Virus record (IMG/VR): IMGVR_UViG_3300042691_025267
Coordinates: 16,387-80,386 of that record
Length of the DNA: 64,000 nt
Source of the DNA: a virus
Strand: one strand, 5' to 3'
A program made the position numbers and the translations under genes. The notes beneath the pieces were generated by a model. The model made no database searches and was not told where the DNA came from. It saw only the letters and a list, made by a program, of their open reading frames with translations. This document shows, one piece after another, positions 27,696-36,757 of the stretch (position 1 is the stretch's first letter; every line of letters begins with the position of its first letter).

Positions 27696-29234
27696 TTAAG
27701 CTTGTGTAAAACATTCACCATTAGAACATCCGCAACTGTACCCTTTGGGGGGGATAGCACCACAGGTCTGAAAGCAAAACCCTTCGCATGCAGCAGGTAT
27801 TACCACTATTGTACCATTTTCTTCTTTATATTGATACACTTCTTCCGTTGTAGATTCTTCTGGATCATTTATATATGTACCTATCAACAACGGGTATACT
27901 TCTAACTGTGTATCATTTTGATCTACTACTTTGATAAATATTCTCGTATTTTTAACATAATTAACATCCGTTGGACTAAACCTAATAGTATTAGTAGTTG
28001 TGTCAATCGTAACCCACTCAGGATAATATCTACGTATGTTACCGAAAACAACATCATCTATGTCTATTCCATAGGCATATTGATCATTTAATTCTAATAT
28101 TAATTCATACTCTGTACCAATCTGTACATTTATTTTTTCTTTCGGGATATTTTTTATAAACTTATCAAATGATGAGATGTATAGTATACTATTTGGTGTT
28201 GTGCCATAGATACTTTCATTTCTAAACAAAATATCAGTAATTCCACTATTAATTACTATGAATTGTATGTGGTATGCAGTAAGATTATTCGTTGAATTTA
28301 AATCTTTTATATATTGTGCAACTACCCCCGACGTTAATGCAGCAGCAAGTGAAGTACCAGAAGATTCTTTTATAGTACCGTCTATGTTTAGAACATTAAC
28401 TCCAATTCCTGGCGCAAAAATATCTACATCGGGCCCCCAGTTTGAACCAGCTCCACCCCCCCAACTAATAACTCTATCATATGGATCGGATGCACCTACA
28501 CCTATCACCGTATCTAACCCCACGGGCGATAGATTATTTGCGTCTGACATGGTGTTACCTGCTGCGGCCACTACTACAAAATTACTATCTTGCAATTCTT
28601 TAATTTTTGTATCAAGAATTTTACTTCGTGGAATAGTCCATGAGCAATTTACTACAGCAACTTCGGTTATATCGGTTCGGTCTTGCAAAATTGCGTCAAA
28701 TGCAAGTAACAAATCACTTATGTTAATCACTGCTGCCATTTCAATTCTTACGTTTTTTAATTCTACGTTAGTTGCTACACCAAGTGTGCTACCAACTATT
28801 AGACTTGCCATAGCAGTACCGTGACCCAACTCGTCAGAAAAATCACCATTGAAACTATAACAGTTAACAATATTTGCGTCAACTAATTCTGGTAACGTTG
28901 CGTTTATTCCACTATCAATCAAATAAACTTTTACTCCATCCCCATGATTTAATGGAAAATACTTTTCTTTCATTGGAAGTGCATTAGAAATAATTCTTAA
29001 TTGGTGCCACTCCGAATTAGATGGATGTACTTCCGTACTCAAGTCTTCTTCTATATCTAATACACCAGATATGTTCGTAAATACGTCTTCTGATTCGCAC
29101 GATACATTGACTACCTGCATGGAAGTAAATATACGATTTACTACTATACCTTGATTGGTCATACTGCTAAGTAAATTTTCTATATTAATATCTTTTTCAA
29201 AAACTACATTATAGTTTTTCATAATAATCCTCAA
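27696..29234 (-). CDS. S8 subtilase with I9-like prodomain, beta-rich C-domain and Cys-rich tail
   Basis: LIDSG, GHGT, NCSW, AAAGN, SGTSLAA; terminal CEGFCFQTC...CGC...C. Confidence 0.88.
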   Translation of the reverse strand: MRIIMKNYNVVFEKDINIENLLSSMTNQGIVVNRIFTSMQVVNVSCESEDVFTNISGVLDIEEDLSTEVHPSNSEWHQLRIISNALPMKEKYFPLNHGDGVKVYLIDSGINATLPELVDANIVNCYSFNGDFSDELGHGTAMASLIVGSTLGVATNVELKNVRIEMAAVINISDLLLAFDAILQDRTDITEVAVVNCSWTIPRSKILDTKIKELQDSNFVVVAAAGNTMSDANNLSPVGLDTVIGVGASDPYDRVISWGGGAGSNWGPDVDIFAPGIGVNVLNIDGTIKESSGTSLAAALTSGVVAQYIKDLNSTNNLTAYHIQFIVINSGITDILFRNESIYGTTPNSILYISSFDKFIKNIPKEKINVQIGTEYELILELNDQYAYGIDIDDVVFGNIRRYYPEWVTIDTTTNTIRFSPTDVNYVKNTRIFIKVVDQNDTQLEVYPLLIGTYINDPEESTTEEVYQYKEENGTIVVIPAACEGFCFQTCGAIPPKGYSCGCSNGECFTQA

Positions 29235-29251
29235 TCAAAGTACTTGAATTT

Positions 29252-29839
29252 TCATATAAGTACGTCATTTATATTTAATAAATTTGCAGCCCACTGACGT
29301 TCCATGCAGAAGTAACACCCACCACACTTCTCCACACCATCTTTATTTTTTATACCACATGACCTAGTTAATTTCAACAAATCCAACACATTCTCTGTAA
29401 CATACAATTGCATTATTTCTTTTTTATCCATATCAATAAACGGTCTGATATGTTTATCATTGTAAGGAGGGCCCCTAAACGGTGGTGTATCGTTTTTTAT
29501 GTATATAGTGGGGGTAAATTCATCCGTTAGTACTTTATTACATCCACTATATACATACCCGCCTTCCGTCAATAATATGTTTTCCACCAACTCCCGTATA
29601 TTGTAGTTTTTATATAATTTTTTATTACTAAAGTTAATTCCTTTCATAGTAAACCATTCCTGTACTCTCTTTACATTATTCACCGCATCTGCGGTTGGCA
29701 TCGTATACGAGAGAATCGGGATGGTCCTATTTTCTTCATAGAGTTGCTTTTGTAATAAAAATAATAAAATAGAACTATCCATTCCGCCAGAAAATAATAC
29801 GTTAATTTTTTCGCAGTCGGATGGTATTTTTATTGTCAT
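29252..29839 (-). CDS. QueC-like PP-loop ATPase (copy 1)
   Basis: LFSGGMDS; TRSC...CGGCYFCMER zinc site. Confidence 0.75.
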   Translation of the reverse strand: MTIKIPSDCEKINVLFSGGMDSSILLFLLQKQLYEENRTIPILSYTMPTADAVNNVKRVQEWFTMKGINFSNKKLYKNYNIRELVENILLTEGGYVYSGCNKVLTDEFTPTIYIKNDTPPFRGPPYNDKHIRPFIDMDKKEIMQLYVTENVLDLLKLTRSCGIKNKDGVEKCGGCYFCMERQWAANLLNINDVLI

Positions 29840-29852
29840 ATATAAGTATCAA

Positions 29853-30626
29853 TTATATTCCCATTTGCTTACGAATGTCGGTTGCGCTGATCGCTTCTGT
29901 GGACGCGTCCAGATTGATTTTCTCCACCTTATAGCCCACATCTCTACCGTAATACACGCCGGTAATGTTTGGTAGGAATATCACTTCAAATTTTCCTTGA
30001 TATTTGTCATTTAATTTTTTATAAATGAAATCAGATACTTCTTCATAATCAAACGGATTCTTTTCATCAATGTTGTGGGTATTGCGGACCCCAATAAGTA
30101 CCTGTCCTTCTTTTTCCAGGATGGTTTCAAACAATTTCAAATGACCATCGTGGAATGGCTGGAATCGTCCAATCATCAATCCTGTGGGTGCTTGCCAATC
30201 AAATTCTGGAACCGGCTCCATCTTTTTAGTAAGGCGTGCGATAATCTCGTCAGTTTGTTCACCGACATCACCCCATGCAGTAATTTCCACATCTACTACT
30301 TCTGGTCGTTGGAATACCTTATTGGTGTCCTCAAACCGACCTTCGTTGATTGTATTCATAAACACGATATAGTCGGGAGCAAACGCATCTCTGGTTTCTT
30401 CTAATGGACACACGAAATCGGCAACTACGTGGTCTGAACTGGCAATATCGGCAAGATGATACATTCTATCCGCCTGTCGGAGCCGTCCTTCTTCACTGAA
30501 GTCCCAATCATTAAACATCTTACGAACTTCGTCTGCATTAAAATATGCGGCTTTCAACTTCTCTGCCAACACTTTGGAAAGGGTCGTTTTTCCAGACCCC
30601 GGTAATCCCATAACTAAAATTTTCAT
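29853..30626 (-). CDS. cysC: Adenylylsulfate kinase fused to HxGH nucleotidyltransferase domain
   Basis: GLPGSGKTT, NADEVRK, DFSEEGR, DFVCP; C-terminal half GRFQPFHDGH...NPF...ISATDIR. Confidence 0.82.
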   Translation of the reverse strand: MKILVMGLPGSGKTTLSKVLAEKLKAAYFNADEVRKMFNDWDFSEEGRLRQADRMYHLADIASSDHVVADFVCPLEETRDAFAPDYIVFMNTINEGRFEDTNKVFQRPEVVDVEITAWGDVGEQTDEIIARLTKKMEPVPEFDWQAPTGLMIGRFQPFHDGHLKLFETILEKEGQVLIGVRNTHNIDEKNPFDYEEVSDFIYKKLNDKYQGKFEVIFLPNITGVYYGRDVGYKVEKINLDASTEAISATDIRKQMGI

Positions 30627-30633
30627 ATAACCC

Positions 30634-30843
30634 TCATTCTTTAATTCCGTACGATACCCATTTGTACCATACTCGTTCGTGTAGAAAATATAACACCATT
30701 TTGGTCAGTACTTCCGCACCACCAATTGACAACCCAACTTTCCAATTACCCGATATGAGTCCTGCGAGTATTATGGTGTCTAGTGTACCAACAGCTCTCC
30801 AACTAATCGTCTTTGCTATATGTCGTTTTACATGTACTGTCAT
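30634..30843 (-). CDS. DUF2061-like small membrane protein
   Basis: KTISWR...LYFLHERVW with hydrophobic core. Confidence 0.85.
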   Translation of the reverse strand: MTVHVKRHIAKTISWRAVGTLDTIILAGLISGNWKVGLSIGGAEVLTKMVLYFLHERVWYKWVSYGIKE

Positions 30844-31390
30844 AATATGAATAGTTAATTGCCCAAGTTCGTTCTATACAATTTAAACAACTTCCGCAAT
30901 GTCCATATTTTTGTAAATAACAACTGTGCGTAAGTTCCAGTAGTTCCCAAATATTTTCGTTCCTATATAATTGGACTACTTCGTGCTTATACATATCTTT
31001 GAATGGTATCAAGACTTGTGGATATTCAAAAAATTTTCTCTCTGGAAACTGAGGCATAAATTTATTACTTCCGATAACAAACTGATCCACCTCTCCAGTT
31101 CTTAGATACAATTTAATCCACCTAGTAAACGTTCTATTACTTGTTGAATCTTTATCGTTAATTTCTTCTGGTGGTATTATACTTGTGTTTAGTTTTGTGT
31201 TTATCCAACTTAAAATATTACGAATTCTATCCATACAAATCGTTGATTGAATCATTGTATAACACCGTATGTTTACATTCAATTTAGCTAATAGGTATAA
31301 TAGCAACGAACTCTCTAGGCCACCTGACAAATATAGTCCAATATTATTTGTTGTTGGGCTTATACTAATTAAATTGGACACAGATGTCAT
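30803..31390 (-). CDS. QueC-like PP-loop ATPase (copy 2)
   Basis: LSGGLES; THSC...HCGSCLNCIER. Confidence 0.72.
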   Translation of the reverse strand: MTSVSNLISISPTTNNIGLYLSGGLESSLLLYLLAKLNVNIRCYTMIQSTICMDRIRNILSWINTKLNTSIIPPEEINDKDSTSNRTFTRWIKLYLRTGEVDQFVIGSNKFMPQFPERKFFEYPQVLIPFKDMYKHEVVQLYRNENIWELLELTHSCYLQKYGHCGSCLNCIERTWAINYSYYDSTCKTTYSKDD

Positions 31391-32025
31391 AAGTATGTAA
31401 TACTTGGTTCCAATAATTCATAGTCGTCTTTATATAGATTCATACACATCTCTTGTATTTTTTGCATGTCTCTAAATTTAGCAGGAGTAATATTAAAGTT
31501 ATCAATTGCAGAAGGTCTAGCTTTTACAGTGTCGCCAAATGTTAAATAAATCCATTTTGTATACTGGTCCATTGATACAATTTTATACTCTTTTATGTCT
31601 TGGACGGATTCGTTATAAGCAACCTCTATATTAACGGGTGGGATGTTATAAAAATAATCCATCTGGGATCTAGTGTGCATATCCAGTCTATAGTTTTTTA
31701 AAATCAATTCCTTTGCATTTAAAAAATCAGATAGTAAATCATGTCCACGACTTTTAGGAATAAATAATGGTATGTGTTCAACTTTAACAGTTTTATATAA
31801 AAATGGTTCGTATATAAATTGATTGTAAAACGACAATAATCTTATGCATGGATCTCTATATAGGAAAGTTTTGTGTTCTGCTTCTGTAATTACATTTTTA
31901 AATATGGGAACGTGAGTCACATCTGTCAAATTGTACTTAAATACATTATTTACTAGATGTGATGATCCATTTCTTGAAGGAGTTACGATGAGATGCCTTT
32001 TTTTTAAATCATAAAACACTCGCAC
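31387..32025 (-). CDS. Sulfotransferase-like protein
   Basis: PSRNGSS, RDPCIRLLSFY, HTRSQ, LYKDDYELL. Confidence 0.6.
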   Translation of the reverse strand: MRVFYDLKKRHLIVTPSRNGSSHLVNNVFKYNLTDVTHVPIFKNVITEAEHKTFLYRDPCIRLLSFYNQFIYEPFLYKTVKVEHIPLFIPKSRGHDLLSDFLNAKELILKNYRLDMHTRSQMDYFYNIPPVNIEVAYNESVQDIKEYKIVSMDQYTKWIYLTFGDTVKARPSAIDNFNITPAKFRDMQKIQEMCMNLYKDDYELLEPSITYL

Positions 32026-32048
32026 AAAAAATTCTCAACAAATTATAG

Positions 32049-32678
32049 TCAGAGATATGTAATGTTTGGTTCTAGTAATTCGTAATCGTCTTTATACAAC
32101 GTCATACATAAATCTTGTATTCTTTGCATATTACGAAAATTAGAAGGATTGATGATAATACTATCTAACGCAGACGTTGATTGCGTAGTTTTTTTATCTA
32201 CAAACGTCAGTTTTAGCCATTTGGCATATTGATTGATTGAAACTATTTCATAGTCACTTATATTTTGGTCATATCGTTCATCTTTGAAATAGTCACTCTG
32301 CGGGGTTGTATGAAAATCTTCCTTATAATTTTTTATCAATTTATCGGTAGCGAGAATCATATCAGATAGTAAATCGTTTCCACGAGTTACCGGTTTAAAT
32401 AATTTATTGGCTAAATTCGTATCTTGATCTTCCTTGGCAAATGTTTTTACTGCCTGTGTATCAAATACAAATCTTTTATAATATGACATCAGTCTAACAC
32501 AGGGATCTCTGTATAAAAAGGTTTTTTTCTCGACTTCCGAAATTATACCATTAAATATAGGACTGTGAGTTACCTCGGTTAATTTGTATTCTATTGCGTG
32601 ATGATGTAGATGCGAAGATCCATTGCGAAATGGCACCACTATGAGATGTCGTTGACTTATATTGTAAAATATTTTCAT
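32049..32678 (-). CDS. Sulfotransferase-like protein (tandem paralog)
   Basis: PFRNGSS, RDPCVRLMSYY, HTTPQ, LYKDDYELL; aligns along its length with 31387-32025. Confidence 0.6.
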   Translation of the reverse strand: MKIFYNISQRHLIVVPFRNGSSHLHHHAIEYKLTEVTHSPIFNGIISEVEKKTFLYRDPCVRLMSYYKRFVFDTQAVKTFAKEDQDTNLANKLFKPVTRGNDLLSDMILATDKLIKNYKEDFHTTPQSDYFKDERYDQNISDYEIVSINQYAKWLKLTFVDKKTTQSTSALDSIIINPSNFRNMQRIQDLCMTLYKDDYELLEPNITYL

Positions 32679-34175
32679 TTATAGTACCGTTACTTTATAA
32701 AAATGTTCAAACTCAAGTGCATCGTTTCGTGTATTTACAATAGGTTGCCCCTTGATATTCAAACTGGTGTTTAGTAACATAGGGCACCCCGTTTCCTCAT
32801 ACCACGACATTAATAGTTGATAATATCCTGGATTATTTTCTTTAGTTACCGTTTGAACTCGTGAGGTACCATCGGCGTGAATAATTGCAGGAAACTCCTC
32901 TGGACGTTTACACTTTACTACATACTGCATATACGGACTTTCATCTGTCACCATATCAAAATAGTCAGCCGCATGTTCTTGGAGAATGGAAGGAGCAAAC
33001 GGACGAAACTTCTGTCGGCGTTTGATTGCATTCACCGTATCCTTAATTTCTGGACCCCGTGGGTCTGCTAATAAACTTCTATTACCCAACGCACGGGGTC
33101 CAAATTCTGCTCGCCCATTTGCCACTCCTACTAATTTATTCGTTTTCAATTCAGAAATCAACCCCCCAACGGGATATTCTCCTTCAATATTATACCCTAG
33201 AAATGGACTAGTGAATTGAATATGTTCGTTAGTATATGATAAGATTGCTCCTAGACTGTTTCCCGCATCGCCTGGATTAGGTATGATCCATACATTCTTA
33301 AAGTATTCCAACGTTATTGGATTAGCAACGCAATTCAGTGCGCATCCACCACCTAATACCAGATTATCAGATTTTATCAACTCTTTGGTCTTTTTTAAAA
33401 GATCACGAAAGTATAGTTCGTATACATACTGCGTTGCAGCTGCTATATCATACAAATCCTGCGGATCGTTGGTTCGGTTCAATTCAGGAAACCACCAAGA
33501 ACATCCACGATGTAAGTTGTGTTTTAATCGCAATAAATTTGATTTATAATAGAATTCATTCATATATTCTTTTTTATCAAAAAAATCTTCTATTATCATC
33601 GCAGAGTATTTGTGCGGATCACCATATGCGGCCATGCCCATGAGAATATATTCTTCTTCATTTGGTTTTAATCCCACCCGTTGCGTCATGGCAGAATACC
33701 ACAATCCTAGACTATGAGGATAACCAATACCTAATTTGTTGGTAAGTTTTGTACCTTTTCCTTCCCAAATTGTTGTCGTATCAAATTCACCAATTGCATC
33801 AATAATAAGAACTGCTGCTTCTTGAAACTGCGATGTATAGTATCCCGCCGATGCGTGACTTTTGTGATGGCCGGTAATTTTGACGGGAGCAGTGATTCCA
33901 TAGGTGGACAGATATCGTCGTATATTATTTTCTTTAATACGCAATCCTTGACCAGCATATAGTTGTCGTAGGGTTTTTACATATGGATTCTCGTACCAAA
34001 CAACGGACGATGGCTTTCCATATCGTAATGCATCCTTAATTAACTCCGGATGTAGATCTTTGTCGTTTTTATTTTTTGAATACCGTTCGCTTTGTGACGC
34101 AAATACCAACGAGTTATCTTTTATTACCGATAATGCAGCGTCATGACTGTTAGCAGAGATTCCCCATATTACCAT
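32679..34175 (-). CDS. O-carbamoyltransferase (NodU/CmcH/TobZ family)
   Basis: HDAA, ERYSKNK, HHKSHA, DAIGE, GGCALN, EFGPRALGNRS, FRPFAPS, DGTSRVQTV, LLNTSLN. Confidence 0.95.
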   Translation of the reverse strand: MVIWGISANSHDAALSVIKDNSLVFASQSERYSKNKNDKDLHPELIKDALRYGKPSSVVWYENPYVKTLRQLYAGQGLRIKENNIRRYLSTYGITAPVKITGHHKSHASAGYYTSQFQEAAVLIIDAIGEFDTTTIWEGKGTKLTNKLGIGYPHSLGLWYSAMTQRVGLKPNEEEYILMGMAAYGDPHKYSAMIIEDFFDKKEYMNEFYYKSNLLRLKHNLHRGCSWWFPELNRTNDPQDLYDIAAATQYVYELYFRDLLKKTKELIKSDNLVLGGGCALNCVANPITLEYFKNVWIIPNPGDAGNSLGAILSYTNEHIQFTSPFLGYNIEGEYPVGGLISELKTNKLVGVANGRAEFGPRALGNRSLLADPRGPEIKDTVNAIKRRQKFRPFAPSILQEHAADYFDMVTDESPYMQYVVKCKRPEEFPAIIHADGTSRVQTVTKENNPGYYQLLMSWYEETGCPMLLNTSLNIKGQPIVNTRNDALEFEHFYKVTVL

Positions 34176-34981
34176 TGTTTAGGTACTCCTAAATGTTTAT
34201 TTTCATACTTCTCAGGAGGAGTTTTGTTTATAAGATAAGAATGTTCATAGGAAATGAGATTAAACAAACGTTCAGTTATTATTGCATAACCTTTCTCGTT
34301 GGGATGTCCGCAAAATGCAACGGTATCTAAATCTTTATTTGCACGTACTTCGTGTAAAATATCTCGATGTTCTGGATACAGAATTTTATGGGTAAAGTTT
34401 AAACTTGCTGAATTTTTCATAAGGACATCTAACCCCCGACCTTCGTCGGCATTAACATTAATATAAAAAAATTTATAGTTAGATAATGTACATATGTTTT
34501 TTATTAGATTAACATAAAAATATGACTCCAGTACAACATCTCTGGTAGGATTATTACCCAAAAAATTGAAATAACTATCAGATAAATTCTGATATTCTGG
34601 TGTCATGTTTGTTACGTGCGAAAGTACCGATGAGATTTTTCCGTTTCTATAAAAACTTATTCTAGTAGAAAATGTAACCATCCATATTACCAATACGTCA
34701 TATTCGTCGGAAAGATTTCTATCAGAAAACAATTCCATCCATCGTTTGACGGTTTCGGAATTTGAACACCCACCGTGACCTAAATTCCATAAGTAATGAT
34801 AACCCAACTTCTTTTGCAGTTGATGTGGCCATCCCATAACATGAAATCTATCAGTACTGGCATTATACGGAGAAATTGTTTTATCTAACGGCTTTCTTCG
34901 TTCGTTCAACAAAGAAGGTTCATAACACCCAACTCCCTCCGTATAGGAACATCCTAATGTTATTAGAAGTTTCTTTTTCAT
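34169..34981 (-). CDS. SGNH/GDSL-like protein
   Basis: LGCSYTEG, NLGHGGCSN, C-terminal GHPN. Confidence 0.7.
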   Translation of the reverse strand: MKKKLLITLGCSYTEGVGCYEPSLLNERRKPLDKTISPYNASTDRFHVMGWPHQLQKKLGYHYLWNLGHGGCSNSETVKRWMELFSDRNLSDEYDVLVIWMVTFSTRISFYRNGKISSVLSHVTNMTPEYQNLSDSYFNFLGNNPTRDVVLESYFYVNLIKNICTLSNYKFFYINVNADEGRGLDVLMKNSASLNFTHKILYPEHRDILHEVRANKDLDTVAFCGHPNEKGYAIITERLFNLISYEHSYLINKTPPEKYENKHLGVPKQW

Positions 34982-34995
34982 ATAATTATCCGTAA

Positions 34996-35811
34996 CTATT
35001 GAGAAATTTTATTCACCATCCATCTGGAAATGCAATCGTATCCAAGTGGATTTGGATGACTGCATCTAGAAAATCCTTTACTGGAGTGAGTGGATACTAT
35101 TAATTCTTTAAAGCTGTCAAACTCAGTTGGATGTAAACATCCTTCAATTTTATACTTGTTTATAATTTCGTTGACCGGAGTAAACGCCGTACCCCAGTGA
35201 AATTTATATCCACAACTTTTTGCAAAATATTCAACTGCTCTAATACTAAACAAAGTTTCTTGCATAGCCCCATGTGGTATCATGTGGGAAATATATAAGT
35301 CATGTATATATGCAGGAATGTAAGGTGGTTTATATAAATTTTCTCCCGTACTTCCCGTTTCTTCATTAATGGTAAATCCACGGGTTGTCACACTCCATAA
35401 TATACTACTGTTCCCGTTTGTGTTCAAGTACAAACTAAAACGATGTGGATCGGTCAATAAAAAAACTAGTACAACCTCATCATAATTAGATCTAAAATTT
35501 GCATACTTATCGTTTATAAACGTTTTTGCAATGCCGGGGTTTGTAAATCCCGCAATACCTAGATTTTTTAGATCGTAATTTAATATCCTAGAGGTGATTG
35601 ATGGCCAACTATATTGTTTTTCCATTTTTTCAATTTCATCGTCGTAGTCTTTTCTTTCTTCTGATGATAAATGAATACTGAGGTTATTGGTTCGTTCTAA
35701 GTATTCTGGTGTATAACACCCAACCCCGTGTGTCCAGCTATCTCCAAGTGTTATTAACAATTTTTTAGTCATGTTATCTCCAAGTGTTATTAACAATTTT
35801 TTAGTCATCAA
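34996..35811 (-). CDS. SGNH/GDSL-like protein with duplicated N-terminus
   Basis: LGDSWTHG, NLGIAG, SHPN. Confidence 0.7.
   Translation of the reverse strand: MMTKKLLITLGDNMTKKLLITLGDSWTHGVGCYTPEYLERTNNLSIHLSSEERKDYDDEIEKMEKQYSWPSITSRILNYDLKNLGIAGFTNPGIAKTFINDKYANFRSNYDEVVLVFLLTDPHRFSLYLNTNGNSSILWSVTTRGFTINEETGSTGENLYKPPYIPAYIHDLYISHMIPHGAMQETLFSIRAVEYFAKSCGYKFHWGTAFTPVNEIINKYKIEGCLHPTEFDSFKELIVSTHSSKGFSRCSHPNPLGYDCISRWMVNKISQ
35739..35808. repeat. Tandem duplication of a gene start (34-bp copies, period 36)
   Basis: tatctccaagtgttattaacaattttttagtcat at 35739 and 35775, giving MTKKLLITLGD twice. Confidence 0.9.
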
Positions 35812-36745
35812 GTATGCCAGAATTTATAATTTTTTCACCCCAAAGTTTATGAGTATCTTCATTTGGGTGAGTAACTTTAAATAAAATATTATTATACTTA
35901 CGCTGCCAATTAAAATAATTCAAGGTTTTGTTTAATTCCTTATTAATAAAACTCATGTCATCAGGAGTGAATTGTTTGTAAACATCAAACGGATTAATAT
36001 TAGTGTTAATCACCCAATCATAAAAAGTTTTGATTAACGTTTCCCAATAATAACTACTCAAATCAACGGGTGGAATTATTGGATCATTTTTTAATAAACT
36101 AAGATGTTCTACCATTGAAATATCTATTGCATTTTTGTATGGTCTATCTATCCATCTAGTAAAATTTTTCCAGAAAATATATTTTACGTTTGAATGTTTA
36201 TCTAAAACAGAATTATACAAAGTTTCCAGTCTACGTTCATACCACGAATAAAATGCTTGTATAGAAATAGGATCTTTAATTATTTCTTGAAAAAAGCCAC
36301 GATATGTAAAATCAAAAGGTATCTCATAGTTTAATAACCAATACCCCTTTATACCTAATTGAAAAAAATCACGGGATGGTTCAGTTAGTTGAATTATACA
36401 TCGTACAGTATCATATTTACCAGCAACTTCATTCAACAATCTACGCAAAGAAAGTGCAATATTAACATTGTTACCACCGGGCAGTGCGCACAGACAAAAA
36501 TCCGAATCATATTTAATTGCACTATAAATTCCCAAATTATTATTAATACGATGTTCCGTGTTATCAATTCCCAGTGCGTGTTGACCTCCCATTGAATCTC
36601 CCCAAGACCAACTTTCTCCTACTACTATAACCAAATCTTTTTTATTTCTATTCAACCAAACTTCTGTGTTTAAATTTGGAGGATTTTTATAGTGTGATTC
36701 TAGTAATAATTTTTTGGTAACAATACTTTCCTTATATATATTCAT
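35801..36745 (-). CDS. SGNH/GDSL-like protein
   Basis: VGESWSWG, ALPGGNN, QLTEPSRD, THPN. Confidence 0.65.
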   Translation of the reverse strand: MNIYKESIVTKKLLLESHYKNPPNLNTEVWLNRNKKDLVIVVGESWSWGDSMGGQHALGIDNTEHRINNNLGIYSAIKYDSDFCLCALPGGNNVNIALSLRRLLNEVAGKYDTVRCIIQLTEPSRDFFQLGIKGYWLLNYEIPFDFTYRGFFQEIIKDPISIQAFYSWYERRLETLYNSVLDKHSNVKYIFWKNFTRWIDRPYKNAIDISMVEHLSLLKNDPIIPPVDLSSYYWETLIKTFYDWVINTNINPFDVYKQFTPDDMSFINKELNKTLNYFNWQRKYNNILFKVTHPNEDTHKLWGEKIINSGILDD

Positions 36746-36757
36746 TTTATGGATCTC

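Noticed and set aside
19291-28824. Long plus-strand ORFs such as 19291-19905 and 28258-28824
   Set aside because: Antisense shadows of Gly-rich genes with no motifs or SD; all credible genes are on the minus strand.
29252-34175. DNA hypermodification (7-deazaguanine or carbamoylated hydroxymethylcytosine) as the island's purpose
   Set aside because: No dpdA, folE, queD or thymidylate-synthase/hydroxymethylase homolog recognised in the window, and the context is glycan enzymes. Not excluded, because such genes could lie outside the window.
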